A DNA stretch of 64,000 bases, from assembly GCA_965372795.1 (NCBI GenBank), contig CBDVDR010000003.1:96001-160000 (forward strand). The letters run 5' to 3'. Shown here in pieces: positions 1 through 9,135 of this stretch. Within the stretch, counting starts at the first letter, position 1; each line of letters opens with the position of its first letter. Below the pieces are notes generated by a model. The model saw only the letters and a list, made by a program, of their open reading frames with translations. It did no database searches and was not told the DNA's origin. The stretch is from an uncultured bacterium (lineage in GTDB: Bacteria; Zixibacteria; MSB-5A5; GN15; FEB-12). Made by a program: the position numbers and the translations under genes.

Positions 1-1596
1 ACAAGATTCTCAGTGAACGAATCAGATTTTGAACATACTGAATTCAAACATGTTACTCCGACTTATTCATTTTCAGGTGGTGTAATAAACTGGATTGGGA
101 TGCATTCGTTTGGAGCCTACAAAGGAATGGGTGAAGATCCAAATCAAGCGTCGAATGTGATTTCTCCGACTGACTATACTTTTGAATATATTGGCAGTAT
201 GAATCTTGATCCGGTATCAAATGGAACGGATTATATTGATTTTAATACATCAGATCCTGGCTACAATTATACAAAGGTAAAATATACAGATCATATAATT
301 GATCAAACAAATGGATTGAGCTTTGATGACGGTTATATAACTGTTAGAAGCCATTGTACAAACTGCGGTGGTGGTGGTGGTTGTCCAACGCTATATATAT
401 GGGATGGTTTAGGTTATGCTCTTGAGAATCCGATTTTAACCTATTCTCAGTATCAGGTAGATCCTATAGCTCAGGACGATTATTATCAGCTGTCAAATAT
501 TGTTGAAAAAGACGGTTATTATAATATTCAGATTCGTGAGTATCGTGATGAGATAACATTCCTTGATCAAGCTGAGCTAATTGTTGCCAATTATCCCCTT
601 GATTCGGATATTGGAATTAGTACTGAGGGAATGATTTATGCTAAGAAAGAGCCAATTGAACCAATCGCAGCATTTGATGAATGGAATAACGATTTATTGC
701 CGTTAGTTTCAAAAATGGATGGTTCCTTGTTTGAAGCTGATGAACCGGGTTCATTGATTTTGACCTATCCAAATCCAAATTATGGAAAGCAGATGAGTCA
801 AAATAAAGGTTATGCTTTAGGTAATACACCTCCTACACCAAAAGCAAAGAAATTCGTCGATTCAGATTTCAAGATTTATGGAGAAAATGTATATTCCGAA
901 ATAGAGGATATCAACGGTAATTGGCATTATCTTGGCGGTACTGCACCGCGTTCATATGAAACTCAGACAACAAGTTGGCTTGCTGATGCTGATGATTATG
1001 ATCTGGGTGAGACATTCCGGATTAGAATTTCCTGGCAAATTGGTTATAAAGTTGATCAGCAAGCACTTGCGGTTACTGAGCCGGCGAATGTTACCCAACA
1101 TCGCTTGATGCCAATTGAAGCAGATCATACCCGGGTTGGAAAGATTGCAAACAGTTTGAATTCAACCGATGGGGATATTATCACACTTTCACCGGGTGAA
1201 ACCATTGATCTGAAATTTGAAGTTCCGGAAACCTCAAATATTGAAGGTTATGGACAGAAGTTCTTTTTCAAAGCAAATGGTTACTATCGTGCTTTCAAAT
1301 TTGAAGATGGCGTACCGGATAGTTTTGAACTGTTTGATAATTATCCGAACCCATTTAATCCGATAACCAATATAAGATTCTCGGTACCAAAGACAGGCGA
1401 AATATCGCTTGCAGTCTTTAATCTTTTAGGGCAGAAAGTAAAAACTTTGCATGAAGGAGAGATTGATGCCGGTAATCACACTATTCAATGGTCTGGCGAC
1501 AATGATAATAATCAGCAGGTCGCAAGTGGTGTATATTTCTATAAACTAATTACAAAGGATTTTGAGCAGAGTAAGAAGATGGTTCTCTTAAAGTAG
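1..1596 (+). CDS. Secreted protein (5'-partial) with C-terminal FlgD-Ig / T9SS type-A-like sorting domain
   Basis: Frame is open from base 1. C-terminus LFDNYPNPFNPITNIRFSVP...VASGVYFYKL...KKMVLLK is the typical FlgD-Ig/T9SS-A tail. Internal GGGGGCPTLYIWDG motif. Confidence 0.8.
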   Translation, partial: TRFSVNESDFEHTEFKHVTPTYSFSGGVINWIGMHSFGAYKGMGEDPNQASNVISPTDYTFEYIGSMNLDPVSNGTDYIDFNTSDPGYNYTKVKYTDHIIDQTNGLSFDDGYITVRSHCTNCGGGGGCPTLYIWDGLGYALENPILTYSQYQVDPIAQDDYYQLSNIVEKDGYYNIQIREYRDEITFLDQAELIVANYPLDSDIGISTEGMIYAKKEPIEPIAAFDEWNNDLLPLVSKMDGSLFEADEPGSLILTYPNPNYGKQMSQNKGYALGNTPPTPKAKKFVDSDFKIYGENVYSEIEDINGNWHYLGGTAPRSYETQTTSWLADADDYDLGETFRIRISWQIGYKVDQQALAVTEPANVTQHRLMPIEADHTRVGKIANSLNSTDGDIITLSPGETIDLKFEVPETSNIEGYGQKFFFKANGYYRAFKFEDGVPDSFELFDNYPNPFNPITNIRFSVPKTGEISLAVFNLLGQKVKTLHEGEIDAGNHTIQWSGDNDNNQQVASGVYFYKLITKDFEQSKKMVLLK

Positions 1597-1610
1597 GACC
1601 TTTTAATATT

Positions 1611-1642
1611 ACAGTAGTAGGAGTTAATACTCCTGCTACTGT
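1611..1642 (+). terminator. Stem-loop after first gene
   Basis: acagtagtaggagt-taat-actcctgctactgt, 14-bp stem with one G-U pair, weak U tail. Confidence 0.55.
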
Positions 1643-1681
1643 TAAAATTATGAGTAACGATAAAATTTTATTGGGATAGTT

Positions 1682-3334
1682 ATGCAGATAGAAAGATTCA
1701 TCGATAGTAAAAAATTAAAATTAACAGTTTTATTTCTAACTGTATTATTTTTAATGCCGTTAACATTTACAAATGCCGGATCACTTGTGAGTCGTGATGA
1801 TTTTATTGTGTTTGATACTTCACTTAGAGTATCTCTTGAAAATTATACGTGGTTATGTAGTTCCATAGATAGTTCAGGTAATATATATCAGAGCAATGCC
1901 GTTGATGTCGATTCGTCGATATATAGTTATTTTTATGGGCAGTTCAATAATTTTGATTCGTATGGAAACCAATTACAACAGGTTACTAATTATCTTCCTT
2001 ATGATAAGATTGACACCAATTGGTCAGTTCAGGGGCGTTATTTTTGCCATACCAATGATAATTTATTAACATGTTTAATTGGAAAACAAAAACCTAATTT
2101 GGATATTGAATATTCTCAAGCCTTTGTTTATTTGCTCGATAAGAATGGAAATAATTTTATAGAGCCTCAATGTTTGGACTGTGATTTACCTACTTTGGCA
2201 GAAGGTCATTACCATGCAGTTCCTTATGGGGGTATGAATAATAATAATGTCTTTGGAGCAGCCTGGAGATTGTATGTTTATCCTCCGAATTATTATGAAT
2301 CGATAAATGTCCGATTGTACTATCCCGATAGTGACAGTTTATCTCCGATAATTGATCCAAAGCAATTAGTTCAACCTATAATCGGTATCCCTGGGTATGA
2401 AGATGATGATTATATGACTTATCAAAGTCCCGATATGAAAGTAGCCGATGATGGAAGCTTTGCAGTTGCCTGGATGCCGAATCATAACACTCGTGAAAAG
2501 TTTATTTATTATGTTGTTTATAATGCTGACTATACTCAGAAGTCTGAAGTGATGATTGCAAACTGTAAAAGTGGTATACCGTATGAACCTGAGTATTTGC
2601 ATAGAATAAGAATGTGTATGGAAGCTGATGGAGATTTTTATATATCCTGGTTGGCTGAACAGGCTACACCGACAATTTCTAACAGGAGTCATGTATGGAT
2701 GCGCGGTTTCAATAGTGATGGAACTCCAAAATATGATCCGATTAGAGTGAATGATTGTGATTCCTTGTGGTTAACAATGTTTGATGAGATTCAGTCCTAT
2801 ATCGTTTGTGATGATAGTGGTAATGTAGTTGTTTCCTGGGCTGATAGTCGAGATTTCCCTTATGATGAGCATGGCAAACCACGTAATGTTTATATCCAGA
2901 AGATTAATAAAGATGGTGATCTGGTTGGTTTAAACCAGAGGATTAATAATGTTAATGGTTCAGCGATTGGTGGAGATGCTGCAAATTGTGCCATCAATAA
3001 TTCGGGACAAGTTATGATTAGTTGGCGTAATAATGCAGAAGTATTTCCACGATTATGTGGTCAATTGATGCCATTTGATAGTATAGGGAATTTCGTGTCT
3101 GGTGATATAAATTATGATATGACGGCTGGTATTTCAGATATTACAACATTTGTTGATTACCTTTTTCTTGGCAGCAGCATCTCTTTTTGGCCAAGAGGGC
3201 TGGTTGATTTTAACGGTGATGATACTCATGGGAATATTTCCGACTTAACTTATCTGATATCGTATTTTTTTCAGAATGGGTTATCACCTGTGATACCTGA
3301 AACAGGTATTAGAGCAAACCCTGGAAAATTTTAG
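1682..3334 (+). CDS. Secreted protein with C-terminal dockerin type I-like domain
   Basis: Signal peptide ending TNA; duplicated Ca-loop motifs GDINYDMTAGISDITTFVDYLF and DFNGDDTHGNISDLTYLISYFF. Confidence 0.8.
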   Translation: MQIERFIDSKKLKLTVLFLTVLFLMPLTFTNAGSLVSRDDFIVFDTSLRVSLENYTWLCSSIDSSGNIYQSNAVDVDSSIYSYFYGQFNNFDSYGNQLQQVTNYLPYDKIDTNWSVQGRYFCHTNDNLLTCLIGKQKPNLDIEYSQAFVYLLDKNGNNFIEPQCLDCDLPTLAEGHYHAVPYGGMNNNNVFGAAWRLYVYPPNYYESINVRLYYPDSDSLSPIIDPKQLVQPIIGIPGYEDDDYMTYQSPDMKVADDGSFAVAWMPNHNTREKFIYYVVYNADYTQKSEVMIANCKSGIPYEPEYLHRIRMCMEADGDFYISWLAEQATPTISNRSHVWMRGFNSDGTPKYDPIRVNDCDSLWLTMFDEIQSYIVCDDSGNVVVSWADSRDFPYDEHGKPRNVYIQKINKDGDLVGLNQRINNVNGSAIGGDAANCAINNSGQVMISWRNNAEVFPRLCGQLMPFDSIGNFVSGDINYDMTAGISDITTFVDYLFLGSSISFWPRGLVDFNGDDTHGNISDLTYLISYFFQNGLSPVIPETGIRANPGKF

Positions 3335-3716
3335 ACTAATTTTAAGATTGATATAGATCGGCGCTATGTTTTAGTTTATTCGTAATTACAAAAATTCATG
3401 AGATTTATTCCATATTTATAATAAGGTCTGATAAAGTGTACCCTTGTACTGATTTTAATCAATGTTACTAAATTATTGAATCAGCTATCCGGGTTATGAT
3501 AATAGTTGCTATTTATAATATGTTTATTAAGATATCTCTGTGATTATTAAAAAGTATTAAATATTGTATTTATAAATTGAAATAATCCCTTTACAATTCC
3601 TCCCTTTTTTAATTTCTTGGTATGATAAGTATTAAACAATTCTATAAACGCATAATGAACGAATGTGTAAAATATTGGTACTTTACTATTCTTGGAAATA
3701 GATTTAAAGGTGATAA

Positions 3717-6700
3717 TTGAAAGATAACGAGTTAACAAATTACGATCTTCTTGAACTGTTAAATGAAAATGGTAATTTCCAATCCTGGAAAGCAATCAAT
3801 AGAAAGACAAACAGATTATGTTTTCTTAAGTGCTCGTTAAATAATAGCGATCTACAACTTACCAATAAGTTTCTTACTAAATCATATAATCATCAAAAAG
3901 ATATTAGTCATCCACAAATTGTTACGGCTCAATCAAAGAGAATTGAAGAGGGAAGATGCATTGTTGAATATCCTTATCTTGAACCTAATGATTGGATGCA
4001 GCTATCATGTGAAAGATTTAGAAACAATCCCATAAAAGTCCTTACTCAAATTGCATGTATATTAGATTATATTCATTCTTATAATTTGGTTCATTGCGAT
4101 ATTAAGTTTGATAATATTTTTATTAATTCTTCAGATCAAATCAAACTCATTGATCTCGACTTTTTAGTAGCGGCTAATTCAAAACCGCAAGGCTTACTAA
4201 TTGGGACTCCAACCTTTATTCCTCCGGAAATTGAAACCAATGATATAATTCTTACACAATCAGATAATTATTCTCTGGGCAAACAGATTGAAAAGGCTTT
4301 GGATACACCGGCAAGCGATCTTAATATTTCGAAAGAGTTGTTTACTAATATTAAATCATTTTCAGAATGTCTGCTTAATACTGATCCCTGGAACAGATCT
4401 AACAATTTAATTGAAACACTTTATAAATGTAATTTAATAGACAGTAAAACTTATCAGACATTTTTAAGAGATCTACTGATTGATATACTTAATTCTGAAT
4501 TGATTAAAAGCAAATTAACTGATGTTAATGTAACTCCCGAATCAATAATTTCAATCCTCAATAAAAAGAAAATTATTATTCCAACCCCTGAAATTGTTCA
4601 TAATCTAATTGATGCTTATAAACATAATGCCTCTAATACAAAAAATACACTCATATCGTATCTTGAAGAAACAAAAATTATAAAATTAGAATCATACTGG
4701 CATTTACAAAACGATGATAACCAGTTATTTGATTTTCTTATTGAACTTAAAAACCTATCAGGAGGGGAATTAAATAAGGACTCTCTAATCTTAAACTCCC
4801 CTGATTCACTTGAACAAAAAATTGAGCTTATTCAGAATTCTACTTCAGAGGAAGATAAATATTTTAAACTCTTCGCCACTCAACAAATAATTGATAATTA
4901 TTTTAATTTGAATAATTTTGACAATAATATAATAAAAAAATACTTATTGGAATTTACTCAACAGGCGATATCGCTTAATCGGTTAAAATTAGCCTTAGAA
5001 TATTATGAAAAATTGGGTAATATCTGCGAACTATCATTAGATGCTCAAATTGAACGGATTGTCATTTCAATTCTTTTAGGTGAACTGGATAATGCAAAAA
5101 ATATTATCAAAGAGTTGGAAAATAATACAAGCGATCAAATTCGTTTAGATATTTATAAAGCCTGGTTATATGCTATCACCGGCAAAATGTCTGATGCTAT
5201 CGATGTGATTGAGGAAATTTTAAATATACCTAAGAGTGAAATTACACCGAAAAACTACATTAGCTCCAATTATGTTTATGCCATAATTCACTGGATGAAA
5301 GGTGATTATGAAAAGGCTCTGAAATTTTTATTGATCTCCTTTGAAAAATCAAAAAATTCTGAATCCAAATATAACATAGTGTCTATTGCTTCGTCATTAG
5401 CAATCCTTTTTGGGGATATCGGAGATTTTAATGAATCAATTAAATATTGCAAATTAGCAATTAAAGAAGCCATTACACCATTAGACTTAATTCGCGTTCA
5501 ACATATTTATATAACATTAGGATATGCTTATACACGTATTTCAGACTTTTCAAAAGCACAATTTTGGTTAGAAAAATATCATCATTTGCAACTCTATTAT
5601 TTTAGTGGAACCCGTTTAGTCTCATACTCATTAGCGAAAGGGTTTAATTATTCAACACAAAGTAATTTTCTTGAGAGTAAAAACTTACTAATTGAGGCAA
5701 TCAACTTATCAAACCAATTCATGGATTTTAAGAATTACGGAAAGGCGTATTATAATCTTTCTATAAATGAGATGGAGTCTGGTAACTTTTCTAAATGTAA
5801 GTATTATTTGAAAGAAGCAAATACGATATTCACAAAATCAAAAGATGACGCTTCTGTTAAAGAGTTAGAAATTATTTCTGTATTGAATTATTATTTTAAT
5901 AATGAAGGTAATATCAATAATCTACATTCCATAATTGATTCTCTAATTCGATTTAATTGTAACTATGTTTTATGTTTATGCTATTTTCATCAAATCCTAA
6001 ATGATTGTAAAATTGAGGAAATTCAAAAGTCTATAACGAACTTGTTTGAACAAAAAGCATATCTTAAAACTTCGGATGTCCCTTTGTTTAAAGTTTTATA
6101 TGAATTGGGGTACTCCATAAAAGATACTGGGAATCTTGAACAGTTTATTAATGTTTTAAAGAAATGTTATAGAATTCTATCTGCTGCTTCGCAGAAATTT
6201 CTTTCAGCTTTGCTTGCTAAAAAGATTTCAGAACTTTATGAATCATCTAATAAGAATAAACATGCCATTAATTATTTAAATGAAGCGAGGAAAAATTTTG
6301 TTTCATTAAAAAATGAAACTGCACTTCATAAAATTGATGATAAACTTTCTTTGTTAAAGAATTTTAATCAAACTAATAATAATTATTTGGAACATTTATC
6401 AAGTATTTCAAAGATTATAAAAGATATAGAAAATTATAACAGTTCTTTAAGCAAGCTTTTGGAATTTGCTGTTGATCAGACTGGTGCGGAAAGAGGCGTT
6501 CTGTTCAGATGCAATGAAGAAAATAAGCTTCAAATCATCGCATCTGTTAATTGTCACTTTGATAATCTTGAAGATATAAAAGATTTTAGCTTACAGGTTC
6601 CAACAAAAAGTACGGAAGAATTTAAAGCTGTGATTATTGCTAATGCCTTGGATGATAAAAGAACAAAAAAATATGAAAGTATTATTCAAAATAATATCCT

Positions 6701-7832
6701 CTCTATTATTTCAATCCCTATTACTTTTGAAGATAATGTTATAGGAGTTTTGTATCTTGATCATCACACGATCCCCGAATTATTTGATAAGGAAGATATC
6801 TTATTTATTAATTCAATTTCGAATATCATTGCAATAATGTTAAATACAATTATTAAATATAAAACTATCAAAGGACTAAAAGAACAATACCAGCAAATAT
6901 CTGACACATCAATCAACTCGAATTTTATCAGTAGAAATAATGAGATTAAACTTATTCTCGATCGAATACCATCAATTGTTCGTTCAAATAAACCGGTTTT
7001 AATAATTGGTGAGAGTGGGACCGGTAAAGAAATTATCTCTCAATTAATTTATGAGGAAAGTTTAAGAAAAGATAAACCATTTCTAAAAATCAACTGCTCG
7101 GCTATTTCTGCCTCAATGATCGAAAGTGAACTATTTGGTGTTGCTCAAAATGTCGCAACCGGAGTCAAGGAGAGAGAGGGTAAACTATCTGCTGCTGACA
7201 CCGGTACATTACTTTTTGATGAAATTGGGGATATGTCCTTTGATCTGCAATCCAAACTACTTAGAGCAATTGAATATCAGGAGTTTGAAAAAGTCGGCAG
7301 TAACCGAACAATTTATACTGACATACGATTTTTGTATGCGACCAATAAAAATTTGAAAGATTTAATTAGATTAGGCGAATTTCGTGAAGACTTATTTTAC
7401 AGGATTTCTACAATTACGATAAATATTCCTCCGTTACGAGAAAGAAAAGAAGATATTGAGCTTTTAATAAAACATTTTTTATCAAACTCTGAAAATCCAA
7501 AGAAAAATCCTATTATTTTACTTGAGGCATTAAAATGTTTAATAGCCTATGACTGGCCAGGTAATGTTAGAGAATTAAAGGGTGTGATTGATAGTTTATG
7601 TGTGATCTATGCCAGCCTTGAAATTGATAAGAATAAATTGCCCGAACATATTCTAAATTATATTCCTGATAAAAGCTATGAAAATGAAAATGAAATTGAA
7701 TTTGAAAAAGCAAAAATTGAAAACGCTTTTATAAGAAATAATGGCAATCAATTGAAAACCGCTAAAGAACTAGGTATCCCCAATTCGACTTTAAGATATA
7801 AAATTAAAAAATACCATATCAAAATAAAATAA
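3717..7832 (+). CDS. Ser/Thr kinase-like + TPR + GAF + sigma54-interaction AAA+ + Fis-type HTH activator
   Basis: Kinase motifs HCDIKFDN and GTPTFIPPE; long TPR-like helical region; GAF (AERGVLF...IGVLYLD); Walker A GESGTGKE, Walker B LLFDEIG, FREDLFYRI, WPGNVREL; HTH NQLKTAKELGIPNSTLRYKIKKY. Confidence 0.9.
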   Translation: MKDNELTNYDLLELLNENGNFQSWKAINRKTNRLCFLKCSLNNSDLQLTNKFLTKSYNHQKDISHPQIVTAQSKRIEEGRCIVEYPYLEPNDWMQLSCERFRNNPIKVLTQIACILDYIHSYNLVHCDIKFDNIFINSSDQIKLIDLDFLVAANSKPQGLLIGTPTFIPPEIETNDIILTQSDNYSLGKQIEKALDTPASDLNISKELFTNIKSFSECLLNTDPWNRSNNLIETLYKCNLIDSKTYQTFLRDLLIDILNSELIKSKLTDVNVTPESIISILNKKKIIIPTPEIVHNLIDAYKHNASNTKNTLISYLEETKIIKLESYWHLQNDDNQLFDFLIELKNLSGGELNKDSLILNSPDSLEQKIELIQNSTSEEDKYFKLFATQQIIDNYFNLNNFDNNIIKKYLLEFTQQAISLNRLKLALEYYEKLGNICELSLDAQIERIVISILLGELDNAKNIIKELENNTSDQIRLDIYKAWLYAITGKMSDAIDVIEEILNIPKSEITPKNYISSNYVYAIIHWMKGDYEKALKFLLISFEKSKNSESKYNIVSIASSLAILFGDIGDFNESIKYCKLAIKEAITPLDLIRVQHIYITLGYAYTRISDFSKAQFWLEKYHHLQLYYFSGTRLVSYSLAKGFNYSTQSNFLESKNLLIEAINLSNQFMDFKNYGKAYYNLSINEMESGNFSKCKYYLKEANTIFTKSKDDASVKELEIISVLNYYFNNEGNINNLHSIIDSLIRFNCNYVLCLCYFHQILNDCKIEEIQKSITNLFEQKAYLKTSDVPLFKVLYELGYSIKDTGNLEQFINVLKKCYRILSAASQKFLSALLAKKISELYESSNKNKHAINYLNEARKNFVSLKNETALHKIDDKLSLLKNFNQTNNNYLEHLSSISKIIKDIENYNSSLSKLLEFAVDQTGAERGVLFRCNEENKLQIIASVNCHFDNLEDIKDFSLQVPTKSTEEFKAVIIANALDDKRTKKYESIIQNNILSIISIPITFEDNVIGVLYLDHHTIPELFDKEDILFINSISNIIAIMLNTIIKYKTIKGLKEQYQQISDTSINSNFISRNNEIKLILDRIPSIVRSNKPVLIIGESGTGKEIISQLIYEESLRKDKPFLKINCSAISASMIESELFGVAQNVATGVKEREGKLSAADTGTLLFDEIGDMSFDLQSKLLRAIEYQEFEKVGSNRTIYTDIRFLYATNKNLKDLIRLGEFREDLFYRISTITINIPPLRERKEDIELLIKHFLSNSENPKKNPIILLEALKCLIAYDWPGNVRELKGVIDSLCVIYASLEIDKNKLPEHILNYIPDKSYENENEIEFEKAKIENAFIRNNGNQLKTAKELGIPNSTLRYKIKKYHIKIK

Positions 7833-8005
7833 TACTCCTTAATTATTACAATTAACAGAAAATTGACAACTTGTTAGTTTGTCCTATCTCGTTACTATTG
7901 CATGATTTAATAAATAGTTTGCAAATAGTGTTGTCAATAATATACTAAAATCAAATAAATTATTTCGGTCCTAAAATCATAAGTACTTATCAAATATAAT
8001 ATTAG

Positions 8006-8047
8006 CGGCATTGAGATTGCTCTCATTTGCTCGGCATACTCTTTGTA
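8006..8047 (+). promoter_or_regulatory. Two tandem sigma54 (-24/-12) promoter-like motifs
   Basis: cGGCAt-tgaga-TTGCt (8006-8021) and cGGCAt-actct-TTGta (8032-8047) match TGGCAC-N5-TTGCW spacing, directly downstream of a sigma54 activator gene. Confidence 0.7.
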
Positions 8048-8080
8048 ATACTCACTATTAAACAAACATTAGGAGGTATT

Positions 8081-8317
8081 ATGAAATCCAAACAATCACT
8101 TTCAATCATCACTTTAATGACAATTTTCATTCTTGTTATAAGTGCAGTTATTCCTTTTTCTGCCCATGCTGATGGTATGGGGGGAAATCCGCCACCGCCA
8201 AAAGATACATCTGGAATTAATTCTATGACCATTCCTGATTCATCGGGTGAAATAACAAACCCTGACGATGAAAGTTATCTTCTTGATATCATTAATATAT
8301 TACTAATTACATTATAA
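8081..8317 (+). CDS. Small secreted peptide (78 aa, about 48 aa mature)
   Basis: RBS aggagg at 8071, ATG at 8081; Sec signal peptide ending A-H-A; mature part DGMGGNPPPPKD... with hydrophobic C-terminus. Confidence 0.75.
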   Translation: MKSKQSLSIITLMTIFILVISAVIPFSAHADGMGGNPPPPKDTSGINSMTIPDSSGEITNPDDESYLLDIINILLITL

Positions 8318-8325
8318 GGAATTAT

Positions 8326-8928
8326 GTGGGTAATATTTCTAAAATTATCAGACTTCTAAAGTTATTTTACACCCGTAATTTAGTCACAATTGATGAAATA
8401 ATTAATCTATGTGATATTAATAGAAGAACGGCATTTCGTTATCTAAATGAAATGTCTGAAGCAAATATCCCATTATATTATGATAATAATCTAATGGGAT
8501 ATAAAATCAGAGATTTTGGCAGTAAATTTAATACAAACATGTCACTTTCAGAAGTAGCCTTGATTGTATTTTCACTCAAAAATATTTCTTCTGAAATCAA
8601 TCAAAATTATGAAACCGATTTTGAAAAAGCATTAAATGAATTATTAATTACAAATGAGAATGCTGAATTCAATATTGATAAAGTATCAGAGATATATGAA
8701 AATGATAAAATTGATACTGAAGAAACTTCAGTACAATTAACAAATTTCCTGGTAAATCTTGCAATTGACTATAATAGAAGTCTTAAAATATTTATTGGAG
8801 AAGAATTATCGATCAAAATAAAAGAGCCAAGATTAATTTTCGAAAAAGAATGGAATATAACCGAATCTAAAATTGAGAAGCAAAAACTCTTTAAAATTAA
8901 AAATATTCAAAAAATTCAAATAATTTGA
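8326..8928 (+). CDS. Winged-HTH transcriptional regulator with degenerate WYL-like C-terminal domain
   Basis: N-terminal VTIDEIINLCDINRRTAFRYLNEMSEANIPLYYD..GYKI resembles the PafB/PafC/YobV HTH; C-terminal EPRLIFEKEWNI...LFKIKNIQKIQII echoes the WYL pattern. Confidence 0.7.
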   Translation: MGNISKIIRLLKLFYTRNLVTIDEIINLCDINRRTAFRYLNEMSEANIPLYYDNNLMGYKIRDFGSKFNTNMSLSEVALIVFSLKNISSEINQNYETDFEKALNELLITNENAEFNIDKVSEIYENDKIDTEETSVQLTNFLVNLAIDYNRSLKIFIGEELSIKIKEPRLIFEKEWNITESKIEKQKLFKIKNIQKIQII

Positions 8929-9015
8929 TATTTTTTTATATTCTAATAATAGATTACAACAAAATAATTTTTATTGTTCAAACTGACAAAAATGTCACCA
9001 ATGTAATCTAAAATA

Positions 9016-9047
9016 CAAACATTACACTTTAGGTAGTGTAATGTTTG
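9016..9047. terminator. Perfect 13-bp inverted repeat closing the cassette
   Basis: caaacattacact-ttaggt-agtgtaatgtttg. Confidence 0.55.
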
Positions 9048-9135
9048 AGTAATATCACTGTCAAAAGCAGCTCTAAAATAAATATTGGTCAATTTGATTG
9101 TTATTATAGGTTAACGGGAAACGATAAATTCCGGG

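Noticed and set aside
8027..8080. Longer TTG start for the small peptide gene
   Set aside because: It overlaps the sigma54 motifs and lacks an RBS; ATG 8081 has aggagg and gives a clean signal peptide.
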